Of a stretch of 64,000 nt of DNA, positions 51,730 to 61,338 are shown one piece after another. The notes under the pieces were generated by a model. It was given only the letters and a program-made list of their open reading frames with translations, was not told the origin of the DNA and made no database searches. The stretch is taken from assembly GCA_963817385.1 (NCBI GenBank), contig CAWFOM010000016.1, positions 1 through 64,000 of the forward strand, read 5' to 3'. The translations under genes were made by a program, and so were the position numbers. The DNA is from an uncultured delta proteobacterium (GTDB lineage Bacteria > Desulfobacterota > Syntrophia > Syntrophales > UBA5619). Position 1 is the first letter of the stretch, and each line of letters opens with the position of its first letter.

Positions 51730-51809
51730 ATCGGCGACTTCACGGCGGGGCTATGCTCGCCCATCGGGCCATGCAGCAGGGAAAGGCCATGGCCGGTCGT
51801 CTCTTAGGG
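51730..51809 (+). pseudogene. 80-bp lpdA-like fragment
   Basis: Aligns to 35233-35312 with about 11 differences by hand count; encodes GAMLAHRAMQQGKAMAGRLLG. Confidence 0.75.
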
Positions 51810-51860
51810 AAGTGGAAAGGTTGTTACCGACAAATCTGTTGGAATCAGACTGATGGCCAC

Positions 51861-52769
51861 TTACTCTTTTTCAATAAGTTGTAAAATTTCTATTGCCTTT
51901 TCATTCTGCGGATATAGCGCCAAGATAAACTGCAGCCTGTTTATTATCTGATCTTTGCTCATCTTGCTCGGATCCGATTTCCACAAAGCATATTCGGTCC
52001 GAGCCAGATTGACATTCATCTCTTCGTGAACAGGATCAATTTTTACCCCCCCCTGCCAAGCGTCCCGTGCCATATCGATATTACCAATTTCCTCATAGAG
52101 CGAGCCAATATTGCTCCAGGCTTTTGTATTAGCCGGCTCCAATTTCAGCAAACGCTGTAACAACTTTATCGCACCATGATAATCCCCTATTTGAATATAG
52201 AGATTGCCCAGATTAAAAATGGCATCTCTATGAACGGGATCGTATGCGAGGACTTTCAGATAGTGACTGACGGCTTCGTCGAACATATCATATCGATCGT
52301 AAAAAACAGCAAGGCAAAAGTGGGCATCTACATTATCCGGTTCGAAATCTATTGCCATCTGATATTTCTGGAGAGCTCCATAGTAATCACCCTCACGATC
52401 TCGTATATTTGCAATATTGATTATTGCTTCCACATTTTCCGGCTCTAATTCGAGGGCTTTCTGATACATATAACGTGCACTGGCTAGGCAGGCCATTCTT
52501 TCATAGGTATATCCCATATTGTTATAATTGTCGGTATTACCGGGTTCCAGCTCTCTTACCCTGCTAAAGCATTTAAGCGCCTCCTCGTAACTTTCCTGCT
52601 CCAGGTAAAGAAATCCTAAATTAACAAACGGATCGGCGTGGACGTCATCATGAGCGGTACGTGTGAGATAAGACTCTATCGCCTTTTGACGTTCCTCCTC
52701 AAGTATGTCAGCATGCTGGGTACCTTTATAAAACAACCGGCGGGCCGATTGTCTCTTTTCATTTTCCAT
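51861..52769 (-). CDS. tetratricopeptide repeat protein
   Basis: About six 34-aa repeats (NLG..Y....Y.EA...Y..AL...P). Confidence 0.9.
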   Translation of the reverse strand: MENEKRQSARRLFYKGTQHADILEEERQKAIESYLTRTAHDDVHADPFVNLGFLYLEQESYEEALKCFSRVRELEPGNTDNYNNMGYTYERMACLASARYMYQKALELEPENVEAIINIANIRDREGDYYGALQKYQMAIDFEPDNVDAHFCLAVFYDRYDMFDEAVSHYLKVLAYDPVHRDAIFNLGNLYIQIGDYHGAIKLLQRLLKLEPANTKAWSNIGSLYEEIGNIDMARDAWQGGVKIDPVHEEMNVNLARTEYALWKSDPSKMSKDQIINRLQFILALYPQNEKAIEILQLIEKE

Positions 52770-52792
52770 ACACCAACCCCCGCAAATTACGT

Positions 52793-54859
52793 TCATCTTA
52801 TCTCTGTCTGGTTAAACCGGTTCAAAACATAATCCCTTATCTCCTGCCAGATAGGTACCGGATCCACAGTATACGATGTTATTAAATGTGAATTATTTTT
52901 CAGCGCTTCAGCGGCAAGCATTCCGGCCATCTTATAGCGATATTCCACTGTGGATGACTTTGACTGCTTCAGCAGGTCATCGGGTAAATCGATCTTAATT
53001 CTGCACCCATGAATTTCCAGTTCATCCGGAGATTTTGTCTTGGCATGTACTGATTCCTCGGGTATCCTTTTTCGGGGAGGAGGAGAAATTTTTTCTTGTG
53101 CCGCTTTGCCGATTTCGCTTAGCTTTGTATCTGCCTTACCTGCCGAAAGCCCTTCCTGCACCCTCAAAGATTTTCCTTCCCCCATCCCTTTATCGGATGG
53201 GACCTGCTCTGCACTCTGTTCCCTTATCGGCACACTCTCCTGTTGTATGAAAGGCGATACGCCTTCCATTTTAATGTCAAACCCTCCAATTCTTTCTCTC
53301 CCTGGTTCTGCTGATAAGTTCTCTTCTTGGCAAGAAGACGCTGTTTCTTGCGCCACGCTACCGGGCTCGCCTAACTTCGCATCTTCCCGATCTGTCGGGA
53401 GGCCTCCTTGCGCGCCCAAACCCATTCCTCCCTCTACTCCGTTATTAAGCTGGGCCTGCTCCGTGCTTGCCTCTTCTGCCGACACGCTTTCCTGTTGCAT
53501 GAAAGATGATACTTCATCTACCTTATTACCAGGCTCTCCAATTCTTTCTCCCCCTTGTCCTACTGACAAATTCTCTCCCTGGAGAGAAGATATTTCTTCT
53601 TGTACCTCTTTGTCGGGCTCGTCTAACTTCATATCTTCCCTATTTTCCGGAAGGCCCTCCTCCAAACTCAAGGTTATTTCTACCTCCATCCCATCAGCAA
53701 TTTGGCCCTGTTCTAAACTTGCCTCTTCTATGGGTGCGATTCCCTGCTGTATTAAAGATTCTGCTCCTTCCGTCTTACCGACAAGCTCGCCGATCCCTTC
53801 TATCACCCGACCTTCTGATAAGACCTCCTGGGAAAGGGAAGACGCTTCTTCATGCGGCTTATTAACAGATCCTCCATTTGCCTTGTCAATTTCCTCAATT
53901 TTATGATCATCTGGCTTCTCCGCTACGCTCGATGAGACTTTTCCTGGAACTTGCGTTGGAAGTCTCCGCTGAACATTGGGCCTCGTCATTTTGTTGAAGC
54001 GTGAGCCAATTTGGTCCACAACTTCTCCTTTTACTGAGGAAAGGCCATTCGTCTCCCCTGCCTTAAGGCAGAGTTTACACAATTTATTGATCAGCCGAGG
54101 AACGCCCCCATCGGAATTCTCCCATATCTTGTCAAAAGCATCATCAGTAAAAATTTGCCTCGTTGCGCCTGACAACTTCATCCTGGATTCAACATATTTT
54201 CTGACAACACTGACAGACTCGAATCTGGTTATTTTACAATAAGTTCCAACCCGTTGAAAGAGGTTGGCTCGGCTGGGATGTTCAAGTCTCTTAGCAAATT
54301 CAATCTGTCCTGCAAGCACCATGGTAAAGAGGTTCCTCCCGTCACCCTGCATGTTTGTCAGGAGACGAAGATTCTCCAGATTTTCTGGGCTGATGGCATT
54401 ACATTCATCGATAAAAATCAGTATTTTCTTACCCTCCTCAAGGGTTGAAAAGAGAAGTTTATTAAATGTTTCTAGTAGATTAACTTTTCTTTTTTCTTCA
54501 CACTGTTTTCCTTTAAGCTGACCAATAATCTCCTGGAGGACCTGGATGAAAGTAATGCCGGGATTGGTAATAAGAGCAATTTTGTATTTCTCTTGTTCCA
54601 GTAAATCAATGATCAAACGAATTGTGAGCGTTTTTCCTAAACCCACATCACCAACGATTACCGATATGCACTCATCACCCTCCTCAATGGCAAATAGCGT
54701 TTCAGCTACAGCGCTTTCCATTGAAGCGTGACAATCGACATACATGGAGGGATCAGGAACATTATCGAATGGCGGCCTATAGAGACCCCAATATTCATAA
54801 TATTTCGTTTCTGCCAAAGTTTCTGCCGTAGTTTCTATCATAGCTTCTGCCCCTTTCAT
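52793..54859 (-). CDS. ExeA/GspA-like AAA ATPase with acidic tandem-repeat linker
   Basis: YWGLYRPPFDNVPDP, GDVGLGKT, IFIDE, LAGQ, GGVPRLINKLC. Confidence 0.88.
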   Translation of the reverse strand: MKGAEAMIETTAETLAETKYYEYWGLYRPPFDNVPDPSMYVDCHASMESAVAETLFAIEEGDECISVIVGDVGLGKTLTIRLIIDLLEQEKYKIALITNPGITFIQVLQEIIGQLKGKQCEEKRKVNLLETFNKLLFSTLEEGKKILIFIDECNAISPENLENLRLLTNMQGDGRNLFTMVLAGQIEFAKRLEHPSRANLFQRVGTYCKITRFESVSVVRKYVESRMKLSGATRQIFTDDAFDKIWENSDGGVPRLINKLCKLCLKAGETNGLSSVKGEVVDQIGSRFNKMTRPNVQRRLPTQVPGKVSSSVAEKPDDHKIEEIDKANGGSVNKPHEEASSLSQEVLSEGRVIEGIGELVGKTEGAESLIQQGIAPIEEASLEQGQIADGMEVEITLSLEEGLPENREDMKLDEPDKEVQEEISSLQGENLSVGQGGERIGEPGNKVDEVSSFMQQESVSAEEASTEQAQLNNGVEGGMGLGAQGGLPTDREDAKLGEPGSVAQETASSCQEENLSAEPGRERIGGFDIKMEGVSPFIQQESVPIREQSAEQVPSDKGMGEGKSLRVQEGLSAGKADTKLSEIGKAAQEKISPPPRKRIPEESVHAKTKSPDELEIHGCRIKIDLPDDLLKQSKSSTVEYRYKMAGMLAAEALKNNSHLITSYTVDPVPIWQEIRDYVLNRFNQTEIR
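53093..53848. repeat. 3 x 252 bp (84 aa) intragenic tandem repeat
   Basis: Register TTC at 53093, 53345, 53597 and 53849; aligned SS...E.LS....E.IG, QQ, E.S.EQ, GL.....KL.E....QE. Confidence 0.85.
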
Positions 54860-54880
54860 GAATCTAAGTCATAGTTTAAT

Positions 54881-55618
54881 TCAGATTGTTTCAGCTCGTA
54901 AAATATCCTGCTGCGAACCATGGGGATTCAGGCTTTCTGCAAGATATGAGAGAACATCCTCAAGCATATAGCGCCTACCCTTGCCGATCTTGTAGCTCTT
55001 CAATTTCCCATCCCTTACAATCGTTTTAAGCGACCCATTGCTGATTCTTAGCATCTGTAGCACTTCTCCGGACATGAGCAAGCGGATAGGTGCCAGCGGC
55101 TCAAATTCGAATTTGATGGTAACCGGTTTGTCTTGATAATTTAGCTCTGCAAATCCACCAGCAAGCTCCCCGTTGAAAACCGACAGCAAACCCGAACTTG
55201 ATCTGATAGTTTTGATTTGTTCCTGAGTAAGCGTCAAGAAAACGGTTTCCCGGGGAACTGTTTTTTGATTATCATCGAGCGTGATATCCTGAGCGGTTTT
55301 ATGAGGCATAATATCGTTATCAGAACAAGGAGCAATAAATTGCCGTGCTTCTCCCAGTTCTATCTCTTGGCTGTCGGAAACCGCATCGTTTATGACGTCA
55401 TTCTTGGTATAAGAAGAAATAAATTGCTGGGCTATCCCCTGTTCTCTTCCCTGGCTATCGGAAACCTTATTGCTTATGATGTCATTTTTTGCATAAGAAG
55501 AAATAAATTGCTGGGGTATCCCCTGTTCTCTTCCCTGACTAATAATCCCTTGTCCTCCATGGGAGTGAATGGGATTGATGATTTTCTTTCTCAGTTTGAC
55601 AAGGCAAATCTTCTCCAT
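54881..55618 (-). CDS. excisionase-like (HTH_17) DNA-binding protein with N-terminal repeats
   Basis: LLMSGEVLQMLRIS...IVRDGKLKSYKIGKGRRY; RBS AAGGAGG. Confidence 0.82.
   Translation of the reverse strand: MEKICLVKLRKKIINPIHSHGGQGIISQGREQGIPQQFISSYAKNDIISNKVSDSQGREQGIAQQFISSYTKNDVINDAVSDSQEIELGEARQFIAPCSDNDIMPHKTAQDITLDDNQKTVPRETVFLTLTQEQIKTIRSSSGLLSVFNGELAGGFAELNYQDKPVTIKFEFEPLAPIRLLMSGEVLQMLRISNGSLKTIVRDGKLKSYKIGKGRRYMLEDVLSYLAESLNPHGSQQDILRAETI
55289..55540. repeat. 3 x 84 bp (28 aa) intragenic tandem repeat
   Basis: SQGREQGIPQQFISSYAKNDIISNKVSD / SQGREQGIAQQFISSYTKNDVINDAVSD / SQEIELGEARQFIAPCSDNDIMPHKTAQ. Confidence 0.9.
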
Positions 55619-55824
55619 ACTTCCTCCTTACTTTGTCACTTTGTTATATCGTTGTCACACTTGTCTAGTTATATAGAAATAAGGGCTTACCCAATACCGG
55701 GCGAGCCAGTACCGTAATCCGGTTTTACGGAACCATTAGACTATCTCAGCTCCATGCAATTGGTTCCCCGCGCCAATCCAGCCACGCAATCACCGAAGCG
55801 CAACATAAGCACTTAACGATGCCC

Positions 55825-55985
55825 AAGCACCTTGGTTCAGAAATTCGGTTACGAATTTACGCGGCCAGTCAATCAGCATTCACTTGTTTCAGTTTGATTT
55901 TGTTGAATAACATGTTTAGATCGTTCCGGGTGAATTTCCATTTGAACGGTTCGGCGATCGGCTCCAATATCATTGTAAATTCACT
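55825..55985 (-). mobile_element. degenerate IS630-like transposase 3' end and terminus
   Basis: IAEPFKWKFTRNDL..., then AAATTCGTAACCGAATTTCTGAACCAAGGTGCTT; recognised from memory. Confidence 0.55.
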
Positions 55986-56029
55986 TATGAACAGCTGATT
56001 ACCGCCACTGGCGCATCCATTTAAAGCCT

Positions 56030-56057
56030 ATATCGGCTAAAACCGGCTAAAAGTTTA
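56030..56057 (-). promoter_or_regulatory. sigma-28-like promoter facing the HTH-ATPase-TPR operon
   Basis: TAAA-N16-GCCGATAT on the minus strand. Confidence 0.5.
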
Positions 56058-56317
56058 ATAAATTTTAAATTATTGATAGAATTTGTTTTTGCGCGGATTG
56101 AGGCCACGGAAAGGAGTCTTGTCCATCAAGGAGATTATATAATAATTTGGTGTTATGTCATTATGTAAGCGTCCCAGGAGTAGTCGGGACCGATTGTAAC
56201 AAACAAAATGCAACGGAAAAAATAACGTGATATATGAGTCACGCCATTGTAATGCCATCGAGAGACCAAGAGGCAAACAGAGAAAGCAACAATAAAACCG
56301 TACTATAGGGAAGGAAC

Positions 56318-57973
56318 ATGTACAGAGAACCAACGAAAGCACCCTGCAGGGAAGCGTGTCCGGCGGGAGTGGACGTGCCGCGCTATCTTCGCCTCATTGT
56401 CGCCGGTAAATATGCCGAAGCACTGGCTGTCATCCGTGAGAGCATCCCCTTTCCGGCTGTCTGCGGCTACGTTTGTCCCGGCCCCTGCGAGATCAAGTGT
56501 CAGTTGGCTCAAGTAGCCGATGCTCCCGAGGCCATACGGGCACTCAAACGCTTTGTTGCCGACCACGTTTCCGGAGAGCGGCAACATAATCGTGAGATAC
56601 CGTCTACCGGGAAACGTGTAGCCATTGTGGGTTCAGGGCCGGCCGGTCTGACGGCTGCCTACTATCTGGCCAGACAAGGGCACAGGCCCACCGTCTTTGA
56701 GGCGCTGTCTGAGCCGGGAGGAATGATGCGAGTGGGGATACCGGCCTACCGGCTCCCCCGGGATATTCTCGATGCCGAAATTGAAGATATAAAGAAAGCC
56801 GGTATCGAGGTGAAAACGGACGCCAGAATCGAATCGCCGGATAGCCTTCTTGCACAGGGCTATGACGCCGTCTTCCTCGCCGTCGGCGCCCATCGCGGAG
56901 TCAGGATGGGAATAGACGGGGAAGACAGCCCTGGGGTAATCGATGCCCTCTCTTTTTTGCGCCGGGTCAATTTGGGCAAATGCCCGACGGTGGGCAAGAG
57001 CGTGGCCGTAGTCGGCGGCGGCAATTCAGCCGTGGATGCTGCACGGACCGCCCTCCGGCTGGGCGCCAAAGAAGTAACGATTGTGTATCGCCGGACCAGG
57101 GCGGAAATGCGGGCTTACCCGGAGGAAATACATGAAGCCATACGCGAAGGGGTGAATATCGTCTTTTTGGCCACTCCCAGCCGGATAAGTACCGAAGACG
57201 GCCGCCTCAGGATGGAGTGTCTGCGCACAAGGCCGGGCAGCAAAGATGCCGCTGTTCCTCCCCAGCCGATCAAGGGCAGCGAATTTACCGTGGACGCGGA
57301 GACAGTGATTGTGGCCGTCGGCCAGGAGCCGGAGATTCCACCGGAGTTCTCACTATCGCTCAAGGGCAAGACCATCCCGATTGCCCCCGACAGCATGGCG
57401 ACGGCAAAGGCCGGGGTCTTTGCAGGCGCCGACTGTGTCACCGGACCCAGGTCCGTTATCGAAGCGATTGCCGCCGGCAGGCAAGCCGCGATCGCCATAG
57501 ACCGATACCTTGGGGGCCGTGGCGTTATCGAAGAGAGACTGGCGCCGCCTGAGGAAGCGATGACGCCGGTAGAGACGAATTATCCTCCCCCAACGGCTAT
57601 CGGGAATGAGATACCGCTCTTGTCCGTCACCGAGCGATTCAACGGCTTCCCTCTCGTGGAACTGCCGCTATCTCCGGAGATAGCCGCTCACGAGGCAAAC
57701 CGCTGCCTGAAATGTGACCTTCCCATTGTGGTCGAGGCAACGAAATGCCGGTCATGTTATGTCTGCCAACTGGTATGCTCTCTCCGATTTGAAGGCGCCT
57801 TTAACACCTCGAAAGCCGCCATCAGTATCCTGCCGGTTATGAAGTCCGACGGCGACGTGGATATCCGGATCTCCTTTGAGGATAAATGTGATTCCTGCGG
57901 CCTGTGCGTCCGATATTGTCCCTTCGGCGCCCTGACCCGGGGAAATGGCAAAATTTCAAGCCTGACAATATGA
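56318..57973 (+). CDS. GltD/NfnB-like FAD/NAD(P) oxidoreductase with C-terminal 2x4Fe-4S domain
   Basis: PCREACPAG, VCGYVCPGPCE, GSGPAG, GGGNSAVD, EANRCLKC, CRSCYVCQLVCS, CDSCGLCVRYCP. Confidence 0.9.
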   Translation: MYREPTKAPCREACPAGVDVPRYLRLIVAGKYAEALAVIRESIPFPAVCGYVCPGPCEIKCQLAQVADAPEAIRALKRFVADHVSGERQHNREIPSTGKRVAIVGSGPAGLTAAYYLARQGHRPTVFEALSEPGGMMRVGIPAYRLPRDILDAEIEDIKKAGIEVKTDARIESPDSLLAQGYDAVFLAVGAHRGVRMGIDGEDSPGVIDALSFLRRVNLGKCPTVGKSVAVVGGGNSAVDAARTALRLGAKEVTIVYRRTRAEMRAYPEEIHEAIREGVNIVFLATPSRISTEDGRLRMECLRTRPGSKDAAVPPQPIKGSEFTVDAETVIVAVGQEPEIPPEFSLSLKGKTIPIAPDSMATAKAGVFAGADCVTGPRSVIEAIAAGRQAAIAIDRYLGGRGVIEERLAPPEEAMTPVETNYPPPTAIGNEIPLLSVTERFNGFPLVELPLSPEIAAHEANRCLKCDLPIVVEATKCRSCYVCQLVCSLRFEGAFNTSKAAISILPVMKSDGDVDIRISFEDKCDSCGLCVRYCPFGALTRGNGKISSLTI

Positions 57974-58005
57974 AAAGAGGCAGGGCCAGAAAGGAGGCAT
58001 TCGCC

Positions 58006-59883
58006 GTGTCAGCAAACACCATTTGCGGCTATGCCGGTAAGATACTCAGGGTTGACCTCACCAACGAGCGGATCACCGAGGAAGTGTTGGATGAGGCCAC
58101 CCTTAGAAAGTGGGTAGGCGGGGTCGGCTTCGGGGCCAAGTACCTCTATGATGAGGTGCCTCCGGGAGTTCAGTGGAATGACCCGGCCAACCGCATCATC
58201 ATAGCCAGCGGACCCCTGGGGGGAACGATGGTAGGGGGCTCGGGCAACATCTCCATCAGCACGAAAGGCTGCCTGACCAACGGCGCCACCTCGACTCAGG
58301 CGAATGGCTTTATGGGCGCCTTCATGAAGTCCTCCGGGTTTGATGCGATCATCTTCGAGGGAATAGCCAGGCGGTGGGTTTACCTCTACATGCACGACGG
58401 CACCGCCGAACTGAGGGATGCCCGACATCTTCTCGGTAAGAATACGTGGGAAACCGAGGATGAGATCAAGGCCGAGTTAGGCTATATCGACCGGCAGATG
58501 AGTGTCTTCTGCATCGGCCCTGCCGGAGAGAACCTGGTGAAATACGCCGGTATTTTTGGAGATAAGGACCACTGCGCCGGCCACAATGGAGTCGGCGCGG
58601 TGATGGGCGTAAAAAAACTCAAGGCCTTCTGTGCCCCGCTGGGCCGCACTTCCATCAAAGTGGCCTCGCCGAAGAAGCTGCTGCCCATAATCGAAGGAAT
58701 GTGGCGTGCGGTACAGAAAGATCCGGGAGGAAAGAAAATTTTCAACTTGGGAACCGCCGGCGGTTACGGAACCGGCGAGCAGCGCGTTGCGGCGGGAACG
58801 CTGCCGGTCAGAAACTACCTGACCAACCTTTATCCCGAGTCCCGGCTCATGACCTGCCAATATGTCCGGGAACGTTGGAGCGCCACGCCGATGCCCTGCT
58901 GGGCGTGCGGATCGCATCATTGCCATATGATCACCATCACCGACGGCCCGTACCGCGGGTTGAAGGTGGAAGAACCGGAATACGAGATGTTTGCCGCCTG
59001 GGGGCCTCTGGTAGGCAATACGGACCCGGCGGAAACCCTGGTGATGTCCAACCTGATGACCTTGCTGGGACTGGAAGGGAATGAGGCCAGCTTTGTCACC
59101 GCGATGGTGATTGAACTTTATGAGAAGGGTATTCTCACGAAAGAGGATACGGAAGGGCTGGAGCTCACATGGGGCAACAACGGAGCCATACGGACATTGC
59201 TTGAACGGATCGCCCGCCGTGAGGGCGCCTTCGCCGACATGCTCGCCGAGGGGATCAAGTATGCCGCGGAGACCTTGGGAGAAGAGGCACTGAACTGCGG
59301 CGTTTATACCATGAAAGGGCATGCCCCGCGAGGGCATGACCACCGGGCTTTCTGGCGTGAGATGTTCGACACGGCTACTTCCGATGTCGGCACTTACTCA
59401 TCAGGCTACATGGGACCTACGGACCCTGACTCGCATTCCTTGAAGGAGCGGTTCTCACCGGAGGATGTGTCTACTCACATTGCCAAAACCAAAGGCAGAC
59501 GCCAGCTTGAGGATACGTTGGGTACGTGTTCCTTCTGCACTCGGGCGCCACTGCATTTCCTGGTGGAAGCGCTCAACGCAGTTACCGGATGGGATTTCAC
59601 GGTCACGGAAGCTCAAGATGTCGGCTTCAGGGTGGCCAACCTGATGCGTGCCTTCAATCTTCAACACGGTGTCGGCGTGGATCTCGAACAGCCTTCCCCA
59701 CGCTGGAGTTCCACCCCCGTCGACGGCCCTGCCAAGGGCATCAGCATCGCGGCACATTGGGACGGCATGCTGGACAATTACTATCGCCTGATGGGCTGGG
59801 ATAGGCAGACCGGGAAGCCTTTTCCGGCAACCTTAAAAGCCTTGGGACTGGATTCTGTTATCGCTGACCTCTGGATTGAATAA
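58006..59883 (+). CDS. tungsten-dependent aldehyde:ferredoxin oxidoreductase family protein
   Basis: GYAGKILRVDL, CIGPAGE, GAVMG.K.LKA, CWAC..HC, EEPEYE, YYRLMGWD. Confidence 0.92.
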   Translation: MSANTICGYAGKILRVDLTNERITEEVLDEATLRKWVGGVGFGAKYLYDEVPPGVQWNDPANRIIIASGPLGGTMVGGSGNISISTKGCLTNGATSTQANGFMGAFMKSSGFDAIIFEGIARRWVYLYMHDGTAELRDARHLLGKNTWETEDEIKAELGYIDRQMSVFCIGPAGENLVKYAGIFGDKDHCAGHNGVGAVMGVKKLKAFCAPLGRTSIKVASPKKLLPIIEGMWRAVQKDPGGKKIFNLGTAGGYGTGEQRVAAGTLPVRNYLTNLYPESRLMTCQYVRERWSATPMPCWACGSHHCHMITITDGPYRGLKVEEPEYEMFAAWGPLVGNTDPAETLVMSNLMTLLGLEGNEASFVTAMVIELYEKGILTKEDTEGLELTWGNNGAIRTLLERIARREGAFADMLAEGIKYAAETLGEEALNCGVYTMKGHAPRGHDHRAFWREMFDTATSDVGTYSSGYMGPTDPDSHSLKERFSPEDVSTHIAKTKGRRQLEDTLGTCSFCTRAPLHFLVEALNAVTGWDFTVTEAQDVGFRVANLMRAFNLQHGVGVDLEQPSPRWSSTPVDGPAKGISIAAHWDGMLDNYYRLMGWDRQTGKPFPATLKALGLDSVIADLWIE

Positions 59884-60141
59884 AAATTAGCATTCTGATT
59901 TTCAATACCACAAACCGGCAGAACCGATGTCTCTACAAGTCCTCGGATCTTGATTTGGAGTCGACGCGATGATTACCGCTCGAAAGCAGTGACGCCTTGG
60001 GAGTCCATGGAATTTCCTCCCCGACCGCCTGCGTCATTTCTGTTCCGTCTTCCTATCCCCACCCGCTTGGATTTTATCCGCCGGGAACCTGACAGTGTGT
60101 CTCGGTTCCCGGCGGATGTTTTTCTGCGGTGGGTCAAGATA

Positions 60142-60357
60142 TCATTTCTTCGCTTTGGCCGGTTTTTTGGCGACCGCTTTTGCTTTGGCTGGTGCTTTCG
60201 CCTTGGCTTTTGCCTTTGCTTTGGCTGGCGCCTTTGCAACCGCTTTTGCCTTGGCTTTGACCGGTTTCGCCGCCGCTTTTACCGGAGCCTTCACGGGGGT
60301 CTTTGTTTTGGCAGGGGCCTTCGCCGGTTTTGCCGGAACCTTCTTCGCTGTTGCCAT
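60142..60357 (-). CDS. histone H1-like Lys/Ala/Pro-rich protein (71 aa)
   Basis: MATAKKVPAKPAKAPAK...; own RBS GGAGG. Confidence 0.8.
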   Translation of the reverse strand: MATAKKVPAKPAKAPAKTKTPVKAPVKAAAKPVKAKAKAVAKAPAKAKAKAKAKAPAKAKAVAKKPAKAKK

Positions 60358-60419
60358 ACGCACTTCCTCCCTTTTAAATATGCGATTCCGCCTCACCGGG
60401 CCTCGGCCTGACCGTGCCC

Positions 60420-60783
60420 TCCTGCGTGCGAAATCGTGAGACTCACCAGGATGGTTAATACTCTTTGTCTTTGCTTTTATATCAGGAGCATTTCCTGAAA
60501 TCTTGCTGTCAACCGCAGAGAGGTTTCCCTTTTGTTGAGCTGAGGTAGATTCAAGTTTTTGCTTTTCTTTTCTGAGACCTTCTTTTTGCTGTTTGATTTT
60601 CTTCTGACGCTCAGTTTTTTCTACCTCGCGAACTTGCTGGGGAGATAAAATTTCCACCCGTAAGCGTGTAAACGGACATATAGTACCGGGTTTCAAATTG
60701 TATTTTTGGGCGATGGAATCTTCAATTTGGTAACCATCGACAAGTTCCCCATTGCCTAAAACGTCAAGAAATAATTTGCTCAT
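60420..60783 (-). CDS. AT-rich hypothetical protein, 3' end unclear
   Basis: MSKLFLDVLGNGELVDGY...ICPFT, then a charged helix; reads through into the histone-like ORF. Confidence 0.4.
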
Positions 60784-60789
60784 AATTAG

Positions 60790-60987
60790 TCACCAAGCCT
60801 TTTCTGGTTCATCCGGTTGATGCGTACTTCTCTCCACAACTGTTAAGATTGCAATGAACCAAGTCAACCAGTATATTCTTTTTGACAATGTTACCATTTC
60901 TTTCGAAAGCGCTGATGATGACTCGTCGAATTTTTGAATTGCCTCTACGATTGGTTTAGCGATTTGTGTGGCTTCATCCCATGCCAT
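60790..60987 (-). CDS. small hypothetical membrane protein, possibly truncated
   Basis: RBS AAGGA; IYWLTWFIAILTVV TM segment. Confidence 0.45.
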   Translation of the reverse strand: MAWDEATQIAKPIVEAIQKFDESSSALSKEMVTLSKRIYWLTWFIAILTVVERSTHQPDEPEKAW

Positions 60988-61032
60988 CGGATATTCCTTA
61001 TTGAATCTGTTTCAAATCAGGATCGGTGGTGA

Positions 61033-61338
61033 CTAATACGATACCTGTCGGATTACCCGGATGACCTTGCCGCTTTCCAGGACGATCGTTGTCAATATCT
61101 GCTCGTCGCCCGCTGCAGGTAAATAGATCCACCGCTTGGTAATAACCGTTGCACCTCCACCGGTGTCAACGCTTTCGCTATCAGGCTTTCCTATTTTTAC
61201 CAGTACATCGCCTTCGCTCATTCCCTGGCGAATGAACTTCCTTTCAGATGCATCAGCCGCAATGGTCGACGATATCGAGAACACCAACAAGAAGGCTATG
61301 CATGCAATAGCGTAAACGGGGTATTTGAGGGCCAGCAT
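61033..61338 (-). CDS. small secreted protein, BamE/DUF2845-like
   Basis: Signal peptide; IRQGMSEGDVLVKIGKPD...WIY...GKV; RBS GGAGGG. Confidence 0.7.
   Translation of the reverse strand: MLALKYPVYAIACIAFLLVFSISSTIAADASERKFIRQGMSEGDVLVKIGKPDSESVDTGGGATVITKRWIYLPAAGDEQILTTIVLESGKVIRVIRQVSY

Noticed and set aside
53093..55540. Repeats as a CRISPR array
   Set aside because: In-frame, degenerate coding repeats without unique spacers; no cas genes in the window
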